Positions 17,446-24,842 of a DNA stretch of 32,000 bases are shown here, in pieces (the first letter of the stretch is position 1; each line of letters begins with the position of its first letter). Both the position numbers and the translations under genes were made by a program. The notes beneath the pieces were generated by a model. It searched no databases and was not told the origin of the DNA. It saw only the letters and a program-made list of their open reading frames with translations. Source of the DNA: Acidothermus cellulolyticus 11B (lineage in GTDB: Bacteria > Actinomycetota > Actinomycetes > Acidothermales > Acidothermaceae); the NCBI RefSeq assembly GCF_000015025.1, contig NC_008578.1:1830001-1862000 (forward strand). Reading direction: 5' to 3'.

Positions 17446-18227
17446 GACGCTCGCCCCCTGCGCACCGCGGCCTCACCATCGCGGAGCAACCGGTAGGTAT
17501 CGAGTTCATCCTCGGACGGCGGGTCGATCTCACCAATTTCATCCGCCATCAGCAGCTCGAAGCCCGTTGCAGCCTCAACCTGCTCGACGGAAGCGCCGCG
17601 TTGCACAGCGCACAGCCGGAGCCGTCGAGAGTGCGGTTCAAAGTCCATCAGCGCGAGATCGGTGATGACGACACTGACCCTGCCGAAGATAAGACCTGCA
17701 GCCTCCCTGGACTTCTCGCCGGTGAGATAACCCGGGCTCGTAATGAAGTCAACCTTCTCGACAAAGCGGCGCGGCTCGTGCACTGTCGCAATCAACACCT
17801 CATTACAGAGGGAGATGATGTCGTTAGCGCCTCCGCTCCCGGGCAGGCGGACGCGAGGCTGTGCGTAACTTCCGATGACACTGGTGTTGATGTTGCCGAA
17901 CTTGTCAATCTGTGCGGCGCCAAGGAAGCCGTAGTCGAAAAAGCCACGTTGCGCAAACAGGAAGATGTCCGTTACGTCCGTCAACATCTCCGCACCATGT
18001 GCAGCGCTCATCTCGTTCGTCGAGATCGGGAGGTGGCCCGGCATGAGACGGGTCCCTATGATCCCACCCTCGAGAACGATCGTCAAGTGAGGAGCCTGGC
18101 GACGCCGTGCAAGCGCTGCGGCCAGTAGCGGCGTACCCACGCCCGCGAAGACAACCTTGTGATCGGCGAGCATCCGGCTTGCCGTAATAGCCACAATTTC
18201 CTCAGGTGTGACATCCTGCCTACTCAC
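17442..18227 (-). CDS. CoA-transferase subunit B (glutaconate/3-oxoacid CoA-transferase family)
   Basis: 261 aa. Typical beta-subunit pattern (ASRMLADHKVVFAGVGTPLLAA...IVLEGGIIG...GAAQIDKFGNINTSVIG). GTGA overlap with subunit A. Confidence 0.8.
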   Translation of the reverse strand: MSRQDVTPEEIVAITASRMLADHKVVFAGVGTPLLAAALARRRQAPHLTIVLEGGIIGTRLMPGHLPISTNEMSAAHGAEMLTDVTDIFLFAQRGFFDYGFLGAAQIDKFGNINTSVIGSYAQPRVRLPGSGGANDIISLCNEVLIATVHEPRRFVEKVDFITSPGYLTGEKSREAAGLIFGRVSVVITDLALMDFEPHSRRLRLCAVQRGASVEQVEAATGFELLMADEIGEIDPPSEDELDTYRLLRDGEAAVRRGRAS

Positions 18228-19177
18228 GGCGCCAACCTCTTCGCAGCAGCGACGAGATCATCAAGTGTGCCGGGTGGCAGGGAGGCCAGAAAGCCGGCAA
18301 AGTCGTCATGCTGATCCACATGCTCGGCAATGTACTCTCGTGCGCCATCTGGGCCTTTCGCCTTCACTAAATTGACGTATTCGTCGAAGTGCCGGAGGTC
18401 GGCATGATAGAGGCCGTAACACTCACTGGGATATGCGCCGAACGGTGCCTCGACGATAGCATCAACCGCGAAGTGCGGAAGAATCGTCGTGGTCGGTAAA
18501 GCCCGGATCTCGTCGCTGCTCACGATCTGCTCGACGCTCACAATGACGCGCCGCGCCGCTCGAGCCATGTCCACATCCATGTGGCGATAGCCGTCCACCT
18601 GAACGTTCCCGTAGATATCGGATCGATGCGCGTGAATCAGCGCGACATCGGGGTTCAGCGCGGGTAGTGCAGCGAGCCGCTGTCCTGTGTAGGGACAGTC
18701 GACCTCGCGCAACTCAACGGTCCGCGCGATGTCTGATCCGAGCATCGTCAGCGCTGGAAGGAACGGCACACCCATTGCACCTGCCTTGTAACGCAGGCCT
18801 ATGCCTAGATGACTCCACTCCTCGTAGACAGCCTGTCCTGTCTCGACGTAATGTCGCATGATCTGCGGCAAGCCCCATTTTAAACCGATGCCGATCCAGC
18901 TCGTAATCACGCGATCGGCCATCCCTGCCGCATAAAATAGCTCCGCCTCGTAGCACGTGAGAGGTCGAGAGATTGTCAGGTGGCGGCGCCGCGTCTTCAA
19001 GAGCGCGAACACAAGGGCCATGGGTGTTCGTGAGTACAAGGTACCGCCGATTGCGACGTGATCCCCATCATGAACAAGCTCCATCGCCTGAGTGGCCGAC
19101 ATGCGCTTGTCAAGCATCCGCCGGTCGGTCGCCTCGAGTTCCCAGCGAACGGACCGGAAGTCCACCGACGCGCTCAT
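18224..19177 (-). CDS. CoA-transferase subunit A (glutaconate CoA-transferase GctA-like)
   Basis: 317 aa. Alpha-subunit pattern (SATQAMELVHDGDHVAIGG...YEEWSHLGIGLRYKAGAMGVPFLP...IHAHRSDIYGNVQVDG). Its ATG overlaps the LLM gene stop by 1 nt (TAATG). Confidence 0.8.
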   Translation of the reverse strand: MSASVDFRSVRWELEATDRRMLDKRMSATQAMELVHDGDHVAIGGTLYSRTPMALVFALLKTRRRHLTISRPLTCYEAELFYAAGMADRVITSWIGIGLKWGLPQIMRHYVETGQAVYEEWSHLGIGLRYKAGAMGVPFLPALTMLGSDIARTVELREVDCPYTGQRLAALPALNPDVALIHAHRSDIYGNVQVDGYRHMDVDMARAARRVIVSVEQIVSSDEIRALPTTTILPHFAVDAIVEAPFGAYPSECYGLYHADLRHFDEYVNLVKAKGPDGAREYIAEHVDQHDDFAGFLASLPPGTLDDLVAAAKRLAP

Positions 19178-20124
19178 TAATGCTCAGGCCTCCAATCGAG
19201 CATAGGAAGCACTTCTTTAGTTAAGCGATCGACTTGCTCATATTCATAATTCCACGGACAGAACACAATGTGCTGTACCCCGGCGTCGACGTGTTGCTGA
19301 ATCTGTTCCGCACACTGCTCGGGAGTACCGCAAATCGAACTTTCTGGAGTCGAGTCACTCCACTCGGCCACGTCAAAGTAGCTCGCAACATAGGCCATGC
19401 ATTTCGCACGCGCATCCTCGTACGTACGGTCAATACAGATCGGCAATTGGGCGACATTGCGTAGTTCATCAGGGTCACGTCCCGCTTCCTCGGCAAACAT
19501 GCGAATCTTTTTCCAAGATTTCGCAAATGCATGTGCAGTGTAGAAGTAGGTAAGCCAGCCATCGCTCTTCGTCGCGACACGCTTCAACACTCGATCGACG
19601 TAACCACCGATGAGAACCTGTGGACGTGGCTCGGGACGTGGGAGCATCCTCACATGAGTAAATGTTCGGTCTTCGTACTGACCGTTGACGTCGTCCTCCG
19701 TCCAGAGGCGGTACAGTATTTCGAGGTTGCGCTCGAAGATCCTTCCTCTCATATGGAGCGGAACTCCAGTAATTGCAAACTCCCGCTCATACCAGCCGGC
19801 AGACATGCCGAGCGTCAAGCGACCGCCGCTGGCCAACTGGAGCGTGCCGGTCACCTTTGCCAAGAGCACGGGCTCGCGGATCGGGAGCACAAGCACCCCG
19901 GTACCCAACTCGATTCTCTTGGTGTGCGCCGCGACAAGGCTAAGGGTGGTAAGCGACTCAAGGAACGGGAACGCCCTTTTCGAGCCAAGGATCAGATGAT
20001 CCCACACCCACACGGAAGAGAGGCCGGCCTGTTCGGCCTTCAGGGCGTATTCGATCACGGCATCCATCGAGACGCCGATATTCTCCGGTGCAAAGTTCGC
20101 GAGGGCCAGGCCGAAACGTGTCAT
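19177..20124 (-). CDS. Luciferase-like (LLM-class) flavin/F420-dependent oxidoreductase
   Basis: LLM pattern MTRFGLALANF...AEQAGLSSVWVWDHL...GTGVLVLPIREPVLLAK...LTLGMSAGW. Start chosen at ATG 20124 (codon 40 of the maximal ORF 19177..20241) because the homology begins there and GGAG is directly upstream. F420 use is inferred only from the neighbouring F420 reductase gene. Confidence 0.8.
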   Translation of the reverse strand: MTRFGLALANFAPENIGVSMDAVIEYALKAEQAGLSSVWVWDHLILGSKRAFPFLESLTTLSLVAAHTKRIELGTGVLVLPIREPVLLAKVTGTLQLASGGRLTLGMSAGWYEREFAITGVPLHMRGRIFERNLEILYRLWTEDDVNGQYEDRTFTHVRMLPRPEPRPQVLIGGYVDRVLKRVATKSDGWLTYFYTAHAFAKSWKKIRMFAEEAGRDPDELRNVAQLPICIDRTYEDARAKCMAYVASYFDVAEWSDSTPESSICGTPEQCAEQIQQHVDAGVQHIVFCPWNYEYEQVDRLTKEVLPMLDWRPEH

Positions 20125-20458
20125 CTCCACACCCTTGCAATGCCACCGTGATCCGGGATGGGGACCCCGTAGCACGGTTGACGGACGAACGCTCCGAGGA
20201 TTTGCCACCAGAACGCTATCGACCGGCACGGCGCAGTGCATTGTCTCCAGTTGCTAAAGCTTCGTGTAGATCTTCGTACAGCGTGGCTACATGACTGCGT
20301 GATGGGCCGGACATTTGGGCGGCATCGGCTCGATGGTCACGGTGTGATCAGATGCTGAACGGGAGCGTTGCCAGCCGGCAATTTCTGTCATGTCTCGAAC
20401 AGCGGCGGACTGGTACCGTTCCAGGCAGACCACACGTGGAGACCGAAGGAGTCGGTGC
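20125..20458. promoter_or_regulatory. Divergent intergenic region between the LLM/CoA-transferase/large-subunit operon and the F420 reductase gene
   Basis: A 334-nt gap separates two divergently oriented start codons (20124 minus, 20459 plus). Promoters for both units must lie here, but I could not define -10/-35 boxes. Confidence 0.4.
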
Positions 20459-21148
20459 ATGGAACGACTTCGGCTTGCCGTCATTGGAGGCACGGGTCCG
20501 CAGGGTCGCAGTCTGGCCTATCGGTTCGCCGTGGCGGGCCACCATGTCGTCATCGGCTCTCGCGTCGCGGAGCGAGCCTCACGGACGGCAGAGGAGATTC
20601 AGTTGCGTGTTCCACGGTCATCTGTGGTGGGCCGAACGAACAACGAAGCAGCAGCCGACTGTCCGGTTATCCTTCTCGCCGTACCCTACGATGGACATGC
20701 CGACGTCGTGACGTCGCTCCGAGATTGCCTTGTCGGCAAAGTTGTGATCAGCTGCGTCAATCCCCTTTTGGTTGACAAGACGGGCGCTCGAGCCGTGCGG
20801 GTTCCGCATGGCAGTGCGGCAGAGGAAGCCGCGGCGCTCGCACCAGGATCCGACGTCATCGCCGCTTTCCATCATCTTTCCGCAGCCAAGCTCTGGCGAG
20901 ACGACGAGAGTCTCAGGCAAGAAGACGTCCTCGTGTGCGGCGACAACCCGACCGCAAAGAATTTGGTGATGGAACTTGCGTCGGCGGTCACCGGCCGACC
21001 GGGGGTGGACGCCGGCCCGTTACGGATGGCCGGTGTGCTGGAATCGTTCACCGGAGTCCTGATCAATATCAACCGGCGCTACAAGACACGCTCGGGTATC
21101 GCAATCGTCGGTCTCGCCGGTCGGAACAGGCAGAGCCCAGGCGCCTAG
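20459..21148 (+). CDS. fno: NADPH-dependent F420 reductase (NpdG/Fno family)
   Basis: Motifs: MERLRLAVIGGTGPQGRSLAYRFAVAGHHVVIGSR (Rossmann GGTGxxG), LLAVPY, and the C-terminal GPLRMAGVLESFTGVLININ. Start chosen at ATG 20459, with GAAGGAG 7-13 nt upstream. The maximal ORF begins at 20390. Confidence 0.85.
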   Translation: MERLRLAVIGGTGPQGRSLAYRFAVAGHHVVIGSRVAERASRTAEEIQLRVPRSSVVGRTNNEAAADCPVILLAVPYDGHADVVTSLRDCLVGKVVISCVNPLLVDKTGARAVRVPHGSAAEEAAALAPGSDVIAAFHHLSAAKLWRDDESLRQEDVLVCGDNPTAKNLVMELASAVTGRPGVDAGPLRMAGVLESFTGVLININRRYKTRSGIAIVGLAGRNRQSPGA

Positions 21149-21304
21149 CGCGGTCCGAACGGGTCCGCCGGCTGTGCTGGACACTGACGCCGGTTGATTC
21201 ACGTCGAGCGCGCGAGAGACGCGGACCGTGACGCTCCGGTGCTGGAAGTGACGACGCACGGCACGGACGTCTCGCAACTGCAACGCGCACGCCCTCGTGT
21301 CGTG

Positions 21305-21344
21305 CTTTTGGGGTACCGGTCCGCCCTAACCGGCACCCCAAAAG
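21305..21344. other. Long near-perfect hairpin in an otherwise unassigned region
   Basis: CTTTTGGGGTACCGGT (21305-21320) pairs with ACCGGCACCCCAAAAG (21329-21344). 15 of 16 positions pair (one A/C mismatch), with an 8-nt loop. It is symmetric, so it can form on either strand. Confidence 0.45.
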
Positions 21345-21610
21345 TCTCGATTAGTCCACCTCGTCGACACAACAGTGGGCGCGGTGAAAGACGGCCCCTA
21401 CGGCAGCATCCTGTTTCGAAGACAATGCCAATTGGCTGACCGCCGTCCGACCATGCAACTCATGGACGCCAAACTAGCGATGCAAAAACACACCGTCAAC
21501 CTCGTCTCGAGAAATGCGGGCGTTCTACCCTTCCCTTCCCGTAATTTCGTTAGGAAACGCCATACCAGACCCTCAGAGACGCAATTTATGAGGCGCCTGC
21601 TGAGCAAGAG

Positions 21611-22003
21611 GTGACAGACTCCTGCGATGCCCTTCGCCGGGTCCCGGACGATCCGGCTCGCCACTCCACATTGCTGCACACGATCGCTGAGGCGCGCCTT
21701 CGCTACGCACACGTCCGCGTCAGCGGCGGGGCCCGCGGTGTCGGCAGCACGCTCGTCCCGGCGCTCCCGGCCCGCGGCGTAGGTCTCGGCGCTTCGCGCC
21801 GGCACCGCCCGCCGCTGTCCCGCTGCAACCGGCCGTGTTGGGATTGCGTGCACTGCGTCCCGCGAGCCCTGCGTGTCGGGGTCCGATCCGCCAGCCCGAG
21901 CTCGGAGTCATTGGCGCGGCCGGAGACGACCACGCATGCCACGCTGCCTCATCTCCTCGACGACGGCGCGTCGCCCCGATCTGGAGATCAGGACTCTCGT
22001 TGA
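21611..22003 (+). CDS. Hypothetical Arg/Cys-rich protein (doubtful ORF)
   Basis: 130-codon ORF with a GTG start. By my hand count about 78 percent of codons end in G/C. It contains a CNRPCWDCVHC cluster. No convincing RBS and no recognisable family, so it may be non-coding or a gene remnant. Confidence 0.25.
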   Translation: MTDSCDALRRVPDDPARHSTLLHTIAEARLRYAHVRVSGGARGVGSTLVPALPARGVGLGASRRHRPPLSRCNRPCWDCVHCVPRALRVGVRSASPSSESLARPETTTHATLPHLLDDGASPRSGDQDSR

Positions 22004-22076
22004 CCATTGGCGCAATGCTGGGAACATCACATCGGAGTCAGCGTGACCGTGCCGGGTGATTGAGCGAAGATGAAGC

Positions 22077-23591
22077 ATGGCCGACCTTACAGACACGGTC
22101 TCGGATCCCCCGGGTCAGCAGGCCGGCGCGCCACGGCCGACCGGCCGACCGAGTGGAGCCGGCTACACCGTGACCATGCGGGTGGTCGCGCCTAACGACC
22201 CCGCGCTTCTACCCCGTCTTGCGACAGCGGTGAGCGAGGCCCACGCCGTGCTCACCGGCTTGGACCTCGTTGAAGTGACGACCGCGGGCGCAACCGTGGA
22301 CGTCACGCTTCTCGCCCTCGACGAGGCGCACGTCGGCGAAGTCGCCGCCACCATCGAGGCGAAAACGGGCGCGCGGGTCCGGCACACCTCCGACCCGACC
22401 TTCCTCTACCACCTCGGCGGCAAGATCGAAGTAACGCCGCGGACGCCGCTGCGTACCCGGCAGGACATGACGATGGCCTACACCCCCGGAGTGGGGCGTG
22501 TTGCCGCGGCGATCGCGCAACGTCCCGAGTCCGCGTGGACCCTCACCGCCAAAGGCAACAGTGTCGCGATCGTCACCGATGGAACAGCCGTGCTCGGACT
22601 GGGGAATATCGGGCCGTTGGCGGCGCTGCCGGTCATGGAAGGAAAGTCCTTGATTTTCAAGGAATTCGGTGGCGTGAACGCCTATCCCATCTGCTTGAAC
22701 GCACCGACCCCGGACGCCGTCGTCGAGGCCACCATCGCCATCGCACCGGGCTTCGGCGGGATCAATCTGGAGGACATTGCGGCCCCGGCGTGTTTCGGCA
22801 TCGAAGCACGCCTGCAAGCCGAACTCGATATCCCGGTCTTTCACGACGACCAGCACGGCACAGCGATCGTCGTGCTTGCCGCCCTGCTCAACGCCTGCCG
22901 CATCACGGGCCGCACCTTCCCGGATATCCGGGTCGTCCTCGTCGGATGCGGCGCCGCAGGCACCGCGATCAGCCTCGCACTCCTGGAGGCCGGCGTACGC
23001 GACCTCGTCATCGCCGACCGGGACGGCGTCCTGCACGACGGCAACGCCGCCCTGCCGCATCACCGCGAGCTGGCTGCCCGGTCCAATCCGCGCGGCATTC
23101 GCGACGTACGAACCGCCATGCACGACGCGGATGTGTTCATCGGCACGGCCCGTCGTGGGTCGATCGACCCGGAGTGGGTGAAACTCATGTCGCCACACCC
23201 GATCGTTTTCGCGTTGTCCAACCCGGAGCCGGAAATCCTCCCGCACGAAGTCGGCCCCGACGCGCTGCTCGCGACCGGACGAACCGACCTGCCGAATCAA
23301 ATCAACAATGCACTCTGCTTCCCCGGCTTCTTCCGCGGAGCCCTGGACGCCCGGGCAACACGCGTGACCAGCGCGATGAAACTCGCCGCCACCCGGGCCA
23401 TCGCGGACACCGTCACCGACGAGCAACGGGCGATCGGCGTCATCGTCCCCACCATGTTTCAAGCGGCCCTGCATCAGGCAGTGGCCAAGGCGGTTGCCGA
23501 CGCCTGGCGGGCGGAACACCCGACCATCGGTACCGGCACCGCCAACGATACGGACGACCCCGACACGGGAAACCGCGGAACCGTGCGATGA
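22077..23591 (+). CDS. NAD(P)-dependent malic enzyme (short bacterial type) with an N-terminal ACT-like extension
   Basis: Motifs: MAYTPGVGRV, NSVAIVTDGTAVLGLGNIGPLAALPVMEGKSLIFKEFGGVNAYPICL, VLVGCGAAGTAI, SNPEPEI. The first ~95 aa (YTVTMRVVAPND...VDVTLLALDE...) resemble an ACT regulatory domain. Confidence 0.9.
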   Translation: MADLTDTVSDPPGQQAGAPRPTGRPSGAGYTVTMRVVAPNDPALLPRLATAVSEAHAVLTGLDLVEVTTAGATVDVTLLALDEAHVGEVAATIEAKTGARVRHTSDPTFLYHLGGKIEVTPRTPLRTRQDMTMAYTPGVGRVAAAIAQRPESAWTLTAKGNSVAIVTDGTAVLGLGNIGPLAALPVMEGKSLIFKEFGGVNAYPICLNAPTPDAVVEATIAIAPGFGGINLEDIAAPACFGIEARLQAELDIPVFHDDQHGTAIVVLAALLNACRITGRTFPDIRVVLVGCGAAGTAISLALLEAGVRDLVIADRDGVLHDGNAALPHHRELAARSNPRGIRDVRTAMHDADVFIGTARRGSIDPEWVKLMSPHPIVFALSNPEPEILPHEVGPDALLATGRTDLPNQINNALCFPGFFRGALDARATRVTSAMKLAATRAIADTVTDEQRAIGVIVPTMFQAALHQAVAKAVADAWRAEHPTIGTGTANDTDDPDTGNRGTVR

Positions 23592-23619
23592 GACAACCGA
23601 GCGACCGCGAGACCCTGCG

Positions 23620-24708
23620 ATGACGCAGCCCATCCGAGACAGCCTCGGTCGTCCGCTCCGTGACTTGCGCATCTCGGTCACCGACCGCTGCAACATGCGA
23701 TGCCGGTACTGCATGCCGCGGGAGATTTTCGGGCCGAATTTCACCTTTCTGCCCCGCAGTGAGCTGCTCACCTTCGAGGAGATCACCCGTATCGCCGCGG
23801 CATTCATCCGCGCCGGCGTGCGGAAAATCCGGCTGACCGGCGGCGAACCGCTGCTCCGCGCCGATCTCCCGCGCCTCGTCGCCATGCTCGCGGACCTGCC
23901 CGACGTCCATGACCTCGCCTTGACCACCAACGGCTCGCTGCTCGCGCGATACGCCCGCCCGCTGCGGGACGCCGGACTCCGCCGCGTCACGGTGAGCCTC
24001 GATACCCTCAATCCGGCGACATTCTCCCGCCTCGCCGACACCGACATTCCCCTCGACAACGTCCTCGCCGGAATTGACGCCGCTCAATCGGCTGGATTCT
24101 TCCCGATAAAGCTCAATGCCGTCATCCGACGGGGGGTCAACGACGGCGACGTCGAAGAACTCGCCGCATTCGCCCGCGACAACGGGCACATCATGCGGTT
24201 CATTGAATACATGGACGTCGGGAATTCCAACGGGTGGCGGGCCGCCGACGTCGTGCCCGCCGCGGAAATCATCGCTCGGATTTCCAGCCACTGGCCGATC
24301 GACCCTCTCCCGCCGCGCTATCCCGGCGAAGTGGCAAACCGATTCCGTTACCGCGACGGCCGCGGCGAATTCGGTGTCATCGCATCGATAACCCAGCCGT
24401 TCTGCCGGGACTGCACCCGGCTGCGGCTCTCCGCCGTCGGTGAAGTCTTCACCTGCCTCTTCGCCGTCCGCGGCCATGACCTCCGCTCAATCGTGCGGAG
24501 CAACACCGATTCCGCCGCGATTGACGCCGCGCTCGACGAGGCCATCACGCGCATCTGGTCGCGACGATCGGACCGGTATTCGGAATTGCGTGCGCTCGAC
24601 AGCGACGGAAGCCGCGAGGACGCGGACGAGTCGGAGGCCTCGGCAGTGCCGGGCCGGTCGACGCACCCCGGGCATCGGAAAGTCGAAATGTCCTACATCG
24701 GCGGCTGA
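23620..24708 (+). CDS. moaA: GTP 3',8-cyclase MoaA (radical SAM, molybdenum cofactor biosynthesis)
   Basis: Radical-SAM motif CNMRCRYC. Second-cluster cysteines CRDCTRLRLSAVGEVFTCLF. Characteristic C-terminal ...IGG tail. Start chosen at ATG 23620 (MTQPIRD...); the maximal ORF from 23494 overlaps the malic enzyme gene. Confidence 0.92.
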   Translation: MTQPIRDSLGRPLRDLRISVTDRCNMRCRYCMPREIFGPNFTFLPRSELLTFEEITRIAAAFIRAGVRKIRLTGGEPLLRADLPRLVAMLADLPDVHDLALTTNGSLLARYARPLRDAGLRRVTVSLDTLNPATFSRLADTDIPLDNVLAGIDAAQSAGFFPIKLNAVIRRGVNDGDVEELAAFARDNGHIMRFIEYMDVGNSNGWRAADVVPAAEIIARISSHWPIDPLPPRYPGEVANRFRYRDGRGEFGVIASITQPFCRDCTRLRLSAVGEVFTCLFAVRGHDLRSIVRSNTDSAAIDAALDEAITRIWSRRSDRYSELRALDSDGSREDADESEASAVPGRSTHPGHRKVEMSYIGG

Positions 24709-24749
24709 CATAACGCAGTGCCGAGCCTGGCGCGGCGGCAAAATTCCGC

Positions 24750-24785
24750 GGACGCAGGCGACGTCGTGGACGCAGGCGACGTCGT
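24750..24785. repeat. Perfect 18-nt tandem duplication (GGACGCAGGCGACGTCGT x2)
   Basis: Read directly: 24750-24767 and 24768-24785 are identical, followed by a further GG. It lies in the moaA-orn intergenic region. Confidence 0.9.
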
Positions 24786-24842
24786 GGCACATCCATACGG
24801 CGCGACGACGCTTAACCTCAGGCCCTCCCCTAGAGTGATCCC

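Noticed and set aside
22535-23623. 362-aa plus-strand ORF in an alternative frame of the malic enzyme gene
   Set aside because: The product is Arg/Pro-rich, and the overlapping frame carries all the malic enzyme motifs.
22209-24059. 616-aa ORF on the minus strand
   Set aside because: It is antisense to the malic enzyme and moaA genes, both of which have unambiguous motifs. The translation is extremely Arg/Gly-rich low-complexity sequence.
23440-24477. 345-aa minus-strand ORF
   Set aside because: It is antisense to moaA and has no motifs, so I treat it as a high-GC shadow ORF.
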